Part shown: positions 46,229 to 55,477 of the stretch, piece by piece
Layout: every line of letters starts with the position of its first letter
Numbering within the stretch: the stretch's first letter is position 1
From: an uncultured Candidatus Peribacteria bacterium
GTDB taxonomy: Bacteria; Patescibacteriota; Gracilibacteria; GCA-2401425
Assembly (NCBI GenBank): GCA_964466055.1
Contig: CAYXLW010000003.1
Location: 371 to 64,370 of the forward strand
Reading direction: 5' to 3'
DNA length: 64,000 nt
Notes under the pieces: generated by a model
The model's input: the letters and a program-made list of their open reading frames with translations, nothing else
Told to the model about the DNA's origin: nothing
Database searches by the model: none
Made by a program: the position numbers and the translations under genes

Positions 46229-47023
46229 TTATCTTTCTAGCATTATATCTCTTCTTGGATGCTGGTTGAATTTTTGGCTATAAGGGTTTTTTTCTATTAC
46301 CCCATGTCTAAAAAGAAAATCTCCAATTCTTTTTTTTGGTCTCCACGGTCTTATTTCTTCAGCTTTAAAATGTGTATTATCAATTTTTTCTCCAATAATT
46401 TTTATTCTTAGTTCTTCTTTAAGGTCTGTATATTCTTTAAAGTTGGTTTCATTTGTATCTACTATCCATTTTTTATTATCTAAAGAACGCAATATTATTA
46501 TATTATTATCATTAACTTGAATTATTTCCCCCGCAATAAGCCCATTTTCTTCGTTCATCCAAATTCGTTCTCTCATTTTATTAGTTCTTTGGTAATAAGG
46601 ATTTCTCTGAAAAGAGTCCTCAAGTTTTTCAGAAACACCAATTGTATTTATTATGCCACCAATAATAAGAGAAATTATTAAACTTATCCCTAGCTTTAAA
46701 AATACTCCATATTTGTAAGAGCCTTTAGTATGCTTAAAATTATAATAAGCAAGAGCTGTGAATCCTCCCATAAGCAATATCCAGAAATAAGGAAGTAACA
46801 AAAATATAAACGAAAATAAATTTTTCTTAATTTTAATATGTACGTCCCAATCTGCTGTTTGTATATGAAAAAGAATAATGCTAAAAGCAATGCTACCAAG
46901 AATTATAGAAACTATAAACATGCTCCAAGTAAAAGATCTCTTTAATAGAAAATGCCATTTAGGAATGGGTTTTATATTCTCTTTTTTGATTTTACCGAGA
47001 ATTTTTTTACTTAGATTATTCAT
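46229..47023 (-). CDS. membrane protein, candidate anti-sigma factor
   Basis: Its start overlaps the ECF sigma gene stop by 8 nt. Several TM helices. The assignment rests on position only. Confidence 0.4.
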   Translation of the reverse strand: MNNLSKKILGKIKKENIKPIPKWHFLLKRSFTWSMFIVSIILGSIAFSIILFHIQTADWDVHIKIKKNLFSFIFLLLPYFWILLMGGFTALAYYNFKHTKGSYKYGVFLKLGISLIISLIIGGIINTIGVSEKLEDSFQRNPYYQRTNKMRERIWMNEENGLIAGEIIQVNDNNIIILRSLDNKKWIVDTNETNFKEYTDLKEELRIKIIGEKIDNTHFKAEEIRPWRPKKRIGDFLFRHGVIEKNPYSQKFNQHPRRDIMLER

Positions 47024-47624
47024 GATCTTGAAAATAAGTGCTTAAATTGTTTTTAATAGCAAGTTCTTTAAATTGCTTTTTTGCTCTACTAATAAGTATG
47101 GAAACTGTTCCTATAGACTTTTCTAGAATATCACTTATTTCTTGGTAATCTTTTTCTTCCAAATATCGAAGAATCATGATATCTCTGTATTTTTCTGGCA
47201 ACATTTTAATTATTTCTTTTACCCTTATGCTAAGCTCTTTTTGTGAAAATTCTTTATCAAGTTTTATTTCAGATTCAAAAATATTTAAAAAATTAATACT
47301 TTCATTATCTTCAATGTTTAAAGTTTTTGGTCTAACTTGAATTTTTCTGATATGACTAATAGTCATGTTGTGAGTTATTCTATAAATCCAACTAGAGAAA
47401 GAAAAGGTGTCATCAAAATCATTAAGATTTTCATACACCTTAATAAAAACTTCTTGTAAAATATCCTCGGCACTTTCCTTTTCAATATTAGATATTCGTA
47501 AAATATATCTAATTAATTTATCTTCATATTTTTTCATTAAAAAATAAAAATTATTAGCATCTTTAATGCTTAGCTTTACTAAATCTTTATCGGAAAGGTT
47601 ATTAAAATCTCCCACGTAAGACAT
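47016..47624 (-). CDS. ECF-type RNA polymerase sigma-70 family factor
   Basis: Region 2 (AEDILQEVFIKVYENL..FSSWIYRITHNMTISHIRK) and region 4 (YRDIMILRYLEEKDYQEISDILEKSIGTVSILISRAKK). Confidence 0.85.
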   Translation of the reverse strand: MSYVGDFNNLSDKDLVKLSIKDANNFYFLMKKYEDKLIRYILRISNIEKESAEDILQEVFIKVYENLNDFDDTFSFSSWIYRITHNMTISHIRKIQVRPKTLNIEDNESINFLNIFESEIKLDKEFSQKELSIRVKEIIKMLPEKYRDIMILRYLEEKDYQEISDILEKSIGTVSILISRAKKQFKELAIKNNLSTYFQDHE

Positions 47625-47725
47625 TAAAAAATAATCTTCAAATATTAATACGTATATTGTACATATTTTATTTCATTTTACTAAAAATCAAATTTTCTAT
47701 CTGATAACTTGTTATTTAATCAAGC

Positions 47726-48769
47726 TTAATTGAGCGATAAAATGCCTAATATAATTCCTATCCCAGTAAAAAATCCTCCTATTATCCATGCCCTCATTAC
47801 TATTTGACTTTCAGTCCATCCGATATATTCAAAATGATGATGAATTGGAGCAATATGAAAAATTTTCTTTCCATTTCTGACTTTTTTTGAAATTAATTGA
47901 ATTATTACAGATAGTGTTTCAATTACAAATATGAATCCTACAACAGGAAGAATGAAAACAAAATCAGTCATCATTGCTATTACCCCTAAAGTTGCTCCTA
48001 AAGCAAGAGATCCAGTGTCTCCCATATAAAACTTTGCAGGTGGGACATTGTGCCATAAAAATGCAAGTAATCCTCCAATTATTACTGCACAGAAAGTTGC
48101 TAAATTAAAAAGACCTGACATGTAAGCTAGAATTGCAAATGAACCATATCCGTATATTAAAAGTCCTCCAGCAAGTCCATCTAATCCATCAGTTATATTA
48201 ACAGCATTTGCTGTTCCTGTAATTATGAAAATAAAAAGAGGTATATACCACATTCCTAGTTCAATATTACCAACAAAAGGAATAAATATTGATGTATATT
48301 CTAATTTAAAGTAGAACCAGCATGCTCCTATAAGAGAAAAAAATAAAAGAAAAAACATTTTAGGATGGACAGGGAGACCTTTGTATTTGTTCCCGCGAAT
48401 ATTTAAATAATCATCAATAGCACCAAGCAGTCCCATTGTAGTTAATGTAAAAAGTGGCAAATAAACCTCGCCACGATCTAAAAGCGATTCTGAAATAAAC
48501 CCGAAATATGATAATCCGCGAGAAAATAAGACCACAAATAATGATGTTCCCCAAATTAGAATTCCTCCCATTGTAGGAGTTCCCTCCTTTTTTAAGTGAA
48601 GTTTTCTAAAAAGTTCAGCAACTCCACCAAAAGATGCCTCTTCTCTTATGTTTTTACCGATTCTATTTTTCACAAGAAAATATATGTATCCTGGAGCTAT
48701 GATCATTGCAATCAAAAATGAAGAAAACATTGAGAAAAATATGATCGAAAGAGGAATAATATGAGTCAT
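47726..48769 (-). CDS. mraY: phospho-N-acetylmuramoyl-pentapeptide transferase
   Basis: GTPTMGG, NAVNITDGLDGLA, FYMGDTGSLALG, APIHHHFE. Confidence 0.95.
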   Translation of the reverse strand: MTHIIPLSIIFFSMFSSFLIAMIIAPGYIYFLVKNRIGKNIREEASFGGVAELFRKLHLKKEGTPTMGGILIWGTSLFVVLFSRGLSYFGFISESLLDRGEVYLPLFTLTTMGLLGAIDDYLNIRGNKYKGLPVHPKMFFLLFFSLIGACWFYFKLEYTSIFIPFVGNIELGMWYIPLFIFIITGTANAVNITDGLDGLAGGLLIYGYGSFAILAYMSGLFNLATFCAVIIGGLLAFLWHNVPPAKFYMGDTGSLALGATLGVIAMMTDFVFILPVVGFIFVIETLSVIIQLISKKVRNGKKIFHIAPIHHHFEYIGWTESQIVMRAWIIGGFFTGIGIILGILSLN

Positions 48770-48869
48770 TTAATCGCAAGGATTTATAAAATTAAACTTT
48801 AGGCTTTAAAAAAAGTCTAAAAACGAATATATAAATTGTAAATTTGGCGTTTTTAGACTTTTTCCATAA

Positions 48870-49562
48870 TTAAATATTGCTTAAATCAATTTTTATTCCC
48901 GGCCCCATAGTTGTTGTTAAAACTATTGAATTTATATATTGCCCCTTAGCACCAGATGGTTTTGAATCAATTACTGCTTTAACAAACGTTTTTAAATTCT
49001 CTTCAATTTTTTCTGCTCCAAAAGAAACTTTTCCTACTATTCCATGGATAATTCCTGTCTTATCTGTCTTATATTCAATTTTTCCTTTTTTTATCTCTCT
49101 GATAGCCTTAACAATTTCAAGAGTAACAGTTCCTGATTTAGGACTTGGCATTAATCCCTTAGTTCCAAGGATTTTTGCAATTTGTCCTAAGTTTTTCATG
49201 ACTTGAGGTTGTGCAATAGCTATATCAAAATTTATTTTCCCTTTTTTTATATCTTCAATAACATCTTCAAGTCCTGCAATGTCAGCTCCTGCATCTTTAG
49301 CTTCTTTAGCTTGATCTGCTTCAACAAATGCAGCAATTCGCACTTTTTTCCCAGTTCCATTAGGTAATACTATTGTTCCTCTTACAATTTGATCTGCGTG
49401 CCGAACATCTACATTAAGATTCATATGAATTTCAACGGAAGAGTCAAATTTAGTTGTAGAAGTCTCTACTGCTAGTTTAGATGCTTCTGACAGAGTATAA
49501 AGTTTTTTTTGGTCAATTTTTTCTAAAGCAGATGCATACTTTTTAGCAAGTTTTTTTGCCAT
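48870..49562 (-). CDS. rplA: 50S ribosomal protein L1
   Basis: FDSSVEIHMNLNVD, LPNGTGK, the GKINFD region and LGPRGLMP-like (LGTKGLMPSPKSGT). Confidence 0.95.
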   Translation of the reverse strand: MAKKLAKKYASALEKIDQKKLYTLSEASKLAVETSTTKFDSSVEIHMNLNVDVRHADQIVRGTIVLPNGTGKKVRIAAFVEADQAKEAKDAGADIAGLEDVIEDIKKGKINFDIAIAQPQVMKNLGQIAKILGTKGLMPSPKSGTVTLEIVKAIREIKKGKIEYKTDKTGIIHGIVGKVSFGAEKIEENLKTFVKAVIDSKPSGAKGQYINSIVLTTTMGPGIKIDLSNI

Positions 49563-49819
49563 ATTAAAATAATATTAAGTGGTAAATAGCGCCTAGAACA
49601 ATGATCAATGAAGAATGATTAATGAACAATTATAGTTTTTACTAATTATTGCTCATTTTTAACTGTTCATTGTTAATTGTTATCTGGCTCCCACGATTGT
49701 GAGTGCATGAATTGTATGGATTTTTTCAGATTTGTCAAAACTTGTTTTGCTAGGTTTTATTATGAAGAAAATATACAAAAAATTTCTAGCCCTAAAGCGT
49801 AGAAATCTTAATGTTTGAT

Positions 49820-49904
49820 TGGTGCTCCGAGCCGGAATTGAACCGGCACTCCCGAAAGAAAAGGATTTTAAGTCCTTCGCGTCTACCAATTCCGCCATCG
49901 GAGC
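49820..49904 (-). tRNA. tRNA-Leu (anticodon UAA), long variable arm, CCA encoded
   Basis: The reverse complement is GCTCCGA-TG-GCGGAATTGGTAGACGC-G-AAGGA-CTTAAAA-TCCTT-(variable arm)-GCCGG-TTCAATT-CCGGC-TCGGAGC-ACCA. Confidence 0.9.
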
Positions 49905-49960
49905 AAGTTTATAATCAAAGGTACCCTAATTTACTTCTAACAATATATTGCAAATAACAA

Positions 49961-50518
49961 TTATCTCTTTACCCATTGTTGCGCTTTTCTAGCCTTTTTC
50001 TTTCCAGGTTTTTTTCTTTCAACTTTTCTTGAATCTCTTGTTAGTTGTTTATCTTTTTTTAAAGTAACATGAGACTCTGTTTGCATAGCAGAAATAGCCT
50101 TAGCAATTCCATGTCTTAATGCATCTGCTTGAGCAGTTACTCCTCCTCCTTCAATTTTAGCTGTAATAGAAAAATCTTTAATTCCTATAAGTTTTAATGG
50201 ACTTTTTATTAATCCAAAAAGAGTTCCTATTTTAAAATATTCATCATATGGCTTTCCGTTTACAACAATTTCCCCATTTCCTTTTTCATAAAGTCTTACA
50301 CGCGCTATAGAGGTTTTTCTTTTTCCATTGGCATAGTAATATTTACCAGTAAACATATTATTCATTGGCTCTTTTCTCATCTCTTTCTCAACTTTTAGCA
50401 ATTTTTCAGTAGCTTTATCTACAGTTTTTTTTATAGAAACAACTGCTTTTGTCTTCTTTTCTACACTTTTACGAGTGCTTGTTGTTTTCGGCTTTTGTAT
50501 CTTTTTTTCTTCCGTCAT
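49961..50518 (-). CDS. rpsI: 30S ribosomal protein S9 with a ~55-aa lysine-rich N-terminal extension
   Basis: GKRKTSIARVRL.., GGGVTAQADALRHGIAKA, C-terminal KKARKAQQWVKR. Confidence 0.93.
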   Translation of the reverse strand: MTEEKKIQKPKTTSTRKSVEKKTKAVVSIKKTVDKATEKLLKVEKEMRKEPMNNMFTGKYYYANGKRKTSIARVRLYEKGNGEIVVNGKPYDEYFKIGTLFGLIKSPLKLIGIKDFSITAKIEGGGVTAQADALRHGIAKAISAMQTESHVTLKKDKQLTRDSRKVERKKPGKKKARKAQQWVKR

Positions 50519-50558
50519 AAAATATGGAAATTAATTGTATTGTTATTGGTATAATTTT

Positions 50559-50993
50559 TTATATTTCTACTATCTTTGGAGTTTGAGCTTTGTGTTCATG
50601 TTCTTCTCCCACAAAAATTTTTAATCTTTCTAAAACATCTTTTCTTAATTTATTTCTAGGAATCATGCCTTTAATTGCAAGCTCAAGAATTCTTGTTGGA
50701 TTCTTCTCCATCATTTCTTCAGCTGAAGTTGTTTTCAAATTTCCTAAATATCCAGAATGACTATAGTACTTTTTGTCTCGAAGTTTATTTTCTCCGGTTA
50801 GTTTTACTTTCTCAGCATTTATAACTACAACATAATCGCCTAAGTCAAGATGTGGAGTAAAAATTGTTTTATTTTTACCTCGTAGAATGTTTGTTATTTC
50901 TACCGCGATTTTACCCAATACTTTATCTTTAGCATCGATTAAATACCATTTTCTGTCAGCGCCGTTCATAATTTTTGGAACAAATGTTTTCAT
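50559..50993 (-). CDS. rplM: 50S ribosomal protein L13
   Basis: RKWYLIDAKDKVLGKIA, FTPHLDLGDYVVVINAEKV, KKYYSHSGY. Confidence 0.95.
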   Translation of the reverse strand: MKTFVPKIMNGADRKWYLIDAKDKVLGKIAVEITNILRGKNKTIFTPHLDLGDYVVVINAEKVKLTGENKLRDKKYYSHSGYLGNLKTTSAEEMMEKNPTRILELAIKGMIPRNKLRKDVLERLKIFVGEEHEHKAQTPKIVEI

Positions 50994-51013
50994 TTATTTA
51001 TATTATTAACTCA

Positions 51014-51367
51014 TTAAACTAATTGAAATTCTACCATCTGAGCTCCATCTCCACCTCTAATTCGAGTGTTAACTATTCGAGTGAAACCAGAAGATCTGTC
51101 TTTATATCGACTTACAAGTTCATCTATAATTTTCACTGAAGCATTTTTGTCTAACAAATATTCACCTATATAACGAATTGCATTCATTTTATCATTTGCT
51201 AAGACTTTTCTCTTTGCAGTAGCAATAAGCCTATCCAAATCTCTTTGTGCTTCTTTTGCCTTTTCTCTATTAGTTTCAACTCTCTCATACAAAACTAGAG
51301 ATGTTACTAAATTTCTTATGGTAGCTTTTAATGCTCCTTTTACCCGAGTGTCTTTTCTGTGTCTCAT
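51014..51367 (-). CDS. rplQ: 50S ribosomal protein L17
   Basis: MRHRK start, LVLYERVETN, GFTRIV..RIRGGDGAQM. Confidence 0.93.
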   Translation of the reverse strand: MRHRKDTRVKGALKATIRNLVTSLVLYERVETNREKAKEAQRDLDRLIATAKRKVLANDKMNAIRYIGEYLLDKNASVKIIDELVSRYKDRSSGFTRIVNTRIRGGDGAQMVEFQLV

Positions 51368-51395
51368 GACTTTTTAATGTTATTAAGATTTTTAA

Positions 51396-52361
51396 TTATT
51401 CATTTGATAAAGATAGCCCTCTCTTTTCAAGTGCTGCGCTCACTTCTTCCATTGCCTTTTTACCAAATCCTCGAAGTGATTGTAGCTTTATCATCGTGCA
51501 TTTTTCTAATTCTTCAATTGATCCAATTTCTCCATTAATAAGTGCATTTAATGTTCTTGGAGAGAAGTTAAGGATTTCAATAGGTGTATAAGATTCTCTT
51601 TCTTCGTCATTATCTTGTATTTGTGATGCTTTCGTAAAGTCTGACATAAATTCTTCTTCAACCTTAACTTCTTCCATGTCAAACAAAGAGAAGTATGAGC
51701 TAAGAATATTTGCTGAAAATTTAAGAGAATCTTCAGGTGTCATTGCTCCATTTGTTTCTATGTCTATCACCAATTTATCTAAATCTGTATTTTCACCTAC
51801 ACGAGTTGGCTGAACATCATATTTAACTTTTTTTACAGGAGAGAAAAGCGCATCTGTATGTATAAATCCTATTAAATCTTCATCTTCAATTCTTTTTTTA
51901 GCTGGAGAATATCCTACATTTTTCTCAACAATAATCTCAACCTTGAGATGAGCGTCTTTTTTTGTTAAATGTGTGATTTCATATTCGGGGTTTAAAATTT
52001 CGACTTCTGCTGAAGTTTTAATGTCAGATGCTTTTATAATCCCTTCTCCTTTTTTTTCTAAAACAATAGTTTCTCTTCCTTTTGAGTGTTTTTTAAAATT
52101 AATCCCTTTTAAGTTTAAAATTAAATCAAGAACAGAATCCTTCATTCCAGGGACAGTTGTATATTCATGTGTAACTCCTGAAACCCTCACCGCTATAATT
52201 GCTGCTCCTGGTAGCGAAGATAAAAGAACTCTTCTTAAAGCATTACCAAGAGTCACCCCATAACCAGAAGGAAGTGGTTCAATACTAAAAGACGAACTAC
52301 CTTCTTCTGTAGAAAGGATTATAATTTTAGGAAGTCCAATTTCTTCTTGAATAATATGCAT
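51396..52361 (-). CDS. rpoA: DNA-directed RNA polymerase alpha subunit
   Basis: PLPSGYGVTLGNALRRVLLSS, GVTHEY, and a C-terminal domain (NFSPRTLNALINGEIGSIEEL). Confidence 0.95.
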   Translation of the reverse strand: MHIIQEEIGLPKIIILSTEEGSSSFSIEPLPSGYGVTLGNALRRVLLSSLPGAAIIAVRVSGVTHEYTTVPGMKDSVLDLILNLKGINFKKHSKGRETIVLEKKGEGIIKASDIKTSAEVEILNPEYEITHLTKKDAHLKVEIIVEKNVGYSPAKKRIEDEDLIGFIHTDALFSPVKKVKYDVQPTRVGENTDLDKLVIDIETNGAMTPEDSLKFSANILSSYFSLFDMEEVKVEEEFMSDFTKASQIQDNDEERESYTPIEILNFSPRTLNALINGEIGSIEELEKCTMIKLQSLRGFGKKAMEEVSAALEKRGLSLSNE

Positions 52362-52391
52362 ATAATTAGAGTTTATTGTTAAATTTAAATG

Positions 52392-52982
52392 TTATCGAGA
52401 ATAAAATTCGATAATTGCTTGCACATTTATTATTTGTTCCAGCTCATCATCTTCAGGGAGTCTTTCTATTGTAAGACTTTTTTTCTTATGGTCAATTTTT
52501 ATCCATTTTAGAGGGGTTGCCTGAGAAAATCCAACATATCTAGGTGATGTCTCCATCTTTTTACGTAATATTAATATATCTTCAGGCTCAACTAATATTG
52601 ATGGGATTGTTATTTTATGTCCATTTAACTCGAAATGTCCATGTGAAATCATTTGTCGGGCATCCTTTCTTGTAACAGCAATTCCTGCTCTATACAAAAC
52701 ATTATCAGCACGTCTTTCAAGGTTTCTTAAAAGCTCAGCTCCAGTAACTCCTTGTGATTTATGCGCTTTTAAAAAATATTTTTTAAACTGTTTTTCAGAT
52801 ATCCCAAACATATATCTTGCGAGTTGTTTCTCTCTTAATTGTAAGGCATATTCTGAAGGCTTGCGAGCACGCTTACGCTTCGAAAAATGTTTTGCAAGTA
52901 TAGCATCAAATTTTGGAGTTCCAACAATGTTAACACCAACACGTTTACAAAGCCTCGACATTGAACCTGTATATCTTCCCAT
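52392..52982 (-). CDS. rpsD: 30S ribosomal protein S4
   Basis: MGRYTGSMSRLCKRVG, LERRADNVLYRAGIA, SHGHFELNGHK. Confidence 0.95.
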   Translation of the reverse strand: MGRYTGSMSRLCKRVGVNIVGTPKFDAILAKHFSKRKRARKPSEYALQLREKQLARYMFGISEKQFKKYFLKAHKSQGVTGAELLRNLERRADNVLYRAGIAVTRKDARQMISHGHFELNGHKITIPSILVEPEDILILRKKMETSPRYVGFSQATPLKWIKIDHKKKSLTIERLPEDDELEQIINVQAIIEFYSR

Positions 52983-53011
52983 AAATTAAGTTAATTTATT
53001 AATTATTAAAA

Positions 53012-53392
53012 TTACACCCTTCTAACTCTCCTTTTTCTGCACCCATTGTGAGGAACTGGAGTAATATCTATAATCCCTGTTATGTCTAATCCTGACATGT
53101 ATAATCCTCTAATAGATTGCTCTCTTCCTGGTCCTATCCCATTTATTCTAACTGAAACTTTTTCGAGTCCAAAAATTTTCACTTTTTCAGATGCTTTTTC
53201 AGCAGCTACTTGTGCGGAATACGGAGTAGATTTACGAGCCCCTTTAAATCCACTAGATCCTGACGATGCCCATGCAAGAGTGTTTCCTTCAACGTCTGTA
53301 ATTGTTACAATAGTATTATTGTATGACGCATATATATGAGCAATCCCCTCCGAAACTATTTTTTTTATCTTCTTTTTTGAACTTACAGCCAT
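53012..53392 (-). CDS. rpsK: 30S ribosomal protein S11
   Basis: GIAHIYASYNNTIVTITD, SSGFKGARKSTPYSAQ, TPVPHNGCRKRRVRRV. Confidence 0.95.
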   Translation of the reverse strand: MAVSSKKKIKKIVSEGIAHIYASYNNTIVTITDVEGNTLAWASSGSSGFKGARKSTPYSAQVAAEKASEKVKIFGLEKVSVRINGIGPGREQSIRGLYMSGLDITGIIDITPVPHNGCRKRRVRRV

Positions 53393-53419
53393 TTTATAAA
53401 ATTAAATTATTTACTATAA

Positions 53420-53791
53420 TTAAACACCTTTTTTATTAGCAACTGTTTTTCTTGGACCTTTTCTTGTTCTAGAATTATTTTTTGTTCCTTGTCCTCGAAC
53501 TGGAAGCCCCAATCTGTGTCGTATTCCTCTGTAACACCCAATTTCTTGAAGTCGTTTAATGTCGAGTCCTACTTTTCTTCTTAAATCAGATTCAACAGTA
53601 TAGTTTTTTTGAAGTTCATTTCGTATGGAGGTTAATTCCTCTTCTGTTAAATCTTTTACTCTTGTATTTTCGTTTATATTTAGCCCCATTAGTATTTTTG
53701 CGCTAGTTACTTTTCCAATACCATGAACATAAGTTAAAGAAATTATAACTCGTTTATTATCTGGAATAACTATGCCTGCGACTCTTGCCAT
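53420..53791 (-). CDS. rpsM: 30S ribosomal protein S13 (true start at MARVAGI; the track ORF extends spuriously to 53857)
   Basis: [43 protein letters not shown]. Confidence 0.93.
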   Translation of the reverse strand: MARVAGIVIPDNKRVIISLTYVHGIGKVTSAKILMGLNINENTRVKDLTEEELTSIRNELQKNYTVESDLRRKVGLDIKRLQEIGCYRGIRHRLGLPVRGQGTKNNSRTRKGPRKTVANKKGV

Positions 53792-53813
53792 GTTTATATA
53801 ATTAATTTTTTTA

Positions 53814-53927
53814 TTATCCTTGTCTTTGCTTATGTTTAGGATCTTTACAAATAACACGAATTACACCTTCTCTTTTAATAACTTTACAACTAGGACATAT
53901 TTTTTTTACTGATGCTCGTACTTTCAT
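53814..53927 (-). CDS. rpmJ: 50S ribosomal protein L36
   Basis: Not in the ORF track. Translation is [37 protein letters not shown]. Confidence 0.9.
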   Translation of the reverse strand: MKVRASVKKICPSCKVIKREGVIRVICKDPKHKQRQG

Positions 53928-53936
53928 AGTGTTAAT

Positions 53937-54242
53937 TTAATTATTATCTACAATATTTGTTTCATCTCTCTCTTTACTGCCATTACCTTCTTTTTCAGTT
54001 GCACTTAGTTCTTTTTCTTTAAATCGATATATAATTCTACCTTTTGTTAAATCATATGGAGTCATTTCTACTTGGACTCTATCTCCAGGGATTATTCTAA
54101 TATAATTCATTCGCATTTTCCCTGAAACATGAGCGAGAATTATCATCTCAGGATAGTTTTCGTCTGTTATCTTTACTCTGAATGTAGCATTTGGCAAACA
54201 TTCAAGTACTGCTCCTTCTAAAACTATGACTTCTTTTGCCAT
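53937..54242 (-). CDS. infA: translation initiation factor IF-1 with a ~29-aa C-terminal extension (start at MAKEVIV)
   Basis: [18 protein letters not shown]...[37 protein letters not shown]. Confidence 0.9.
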   Translation of the reverse strand: MAKEVIVLEGAVLECLPNATFRVKITDENYPEMIILAHVSGKMRMNYIRIIPGDRVQVEMTPYDLTKGRIIYRFKEKELSATEKEGNGSKERDETNIVDNN

Positions 54243-54285
54243 AAAACTTGAGGTTATTTTTAGAAAGCAAGAGTAAAGCTGGAGG

Positions 54286-54314
54286 ATTTTACTCACACCA
54301 ACACGATATTGCAA
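54286..54314 (-). promoter_or_regulatory. putative promoter TTGCAA-N17-TAAAAT for the infA-rpmJ-rpsM... operon
   Basis: Hexamers read on the minus strand. It lies inside the spurious N-terminal extension of the track ORF 53937..54371. Confidence 0.5.
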
Positions 54315-54425
54315 GAGATTTTTTCTGTAATAGAGTTCATATTTTGAGAAGCTATAAGAATATATGGACATAAAATGCTTAAGCTGGTTTTTACATAGAG
54401 CTTTTCCATATATTTAGTCAAAAAA

Positions 54426-54932
54426 TTAAATTCCTAAATTTTTTAATCTTATTATTTCTTTTTGAAAATCCTTTGATGTATGAAAAATAAAATCTGCCAA
54501 GGCTTTGTATATAGGAATCCTCTCTTTATAAATATCTAAAAATTCTTCTTCAATATTTTTTCCTGTCAGAGAAGGTCGATGTTCTTTTGATTTTTGGTTA
54601 ATTCTTTCAAGTAAAGTTTTTTCTTCTGTTTTTACCCAAACAACAATACCTATATCTTTTATTATTTTTTGATTTCTTTCAAATGTTGGTAGTCCAGCCC
54701 CTGTTACAATAATTGTATTAGACACATTTTTGAAATTTAATATTGCTTCATACTCTCTATTACGAAAAAAAGTCCATCCATATTGATCTACTATTTTTTC
54801 AATTGTCATATTCGATTTCTCTTGAATATATTCATCAATATCGACTAAAGACATACCAAGAGTATCTTTTAATTTTTTACCCAAACGAGACTTTCCTGCA
54901 ACTCTCATTCCTATAAGGACAATATTCTTCAT
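54426..54932 (-). CDS. aroK: shikimate kinase-like P-loop kinase
   Basis: NIVLIGMRVAGKSRLGKKL (P-loop) and VDIDEYIQEKSNMTIEKIVDQYGWTFFRNREYEAI follow the AroK pattern (D.D..IE...G.SI.EIF...GE..FR..E). Confidence 0.65.
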   Translation of the reverse strand: MKNIVLIGMRVAGKSRLGKKLKDTLGMSLVDIDEYIQEKSNMTIEKIVDQYGWTFFRNREYEAILNFKNVSNTIIVTGAGLPTFERNQKIIKDIGIVVWVKTEEKTLLERINQKSKEHRPSLTGKNIEEEFLDIYKERIPIYKALADFIFHTSKDFQKEIIRLKNLGI

Positions 54933-54991
54933 TTTCCTAATTTAAAAACAAAAAAATTGTAAATAAGTATAAATATAAATACAATAAAAAC

Positions 54992-55477
54992 ATGAAGAAC
55001 TACCTTAATACTATTGGAAAAGAAATTATTGAAGAAAAAACAGGTAAAGTTTTAGCATATATTAATGATCTTATTTTTGATACGGAAAATGGGAAAATAA
55101 TATCTGTTTTACTTAGCAATGATAAATTTTTATATTATAACAATATTTCAGATTGGAAGGTTAGAATATATGCAAAATCAGATGTTTTATTCCAAGATAT
55201 TGGAGACTTACCAGATGTAAAAAAAATTCTTGAAGATGAAATTAGTATCCTTGGTAATACAGTAGTAGATGAAGATGGTATTTTTTTAGGATATTGTGAG
55301 GATATCGTTTTTGATGAGAAAATGGGGATACTCAATAGTATAATAGTTAGAAAGTATTTTTTGGCTATTATCCCACTTAAAAAAAAAATAATTTCAAGTT
55401 CTGAAATAATTGAAATTAAAAAAGAGGGAATTATCGTAAAGAATACTAAGATAAAAGATGCTGTTGCTGAGGTTTAG
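54992..55477 (+). CDS. PRC-barrel-like domain protein (two repeats)
   Basis: IGKEIIEEKTGKVLAYINDLIFDTENGKIISVLL and LGNTVVDEDGIFLGYCEDIVFDEKMGILNSIIV resemble PRC-barrel repeats. Confidence 0.45.
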   Translation: MKNYLNTIGKEIIEEKTGKVLAYINDLIFDTENGKIISVLLSNDKFLYYNNISDWKVRIYAKSDVLFQDIGDLPDVKKILEDEISILGNTVVDEDGIFLGYCEDIVFDEKMGILNSIIVRKYFLAIIPLKKKIISSSEIIEIKKEGIIVKNTKIKDAVAEV

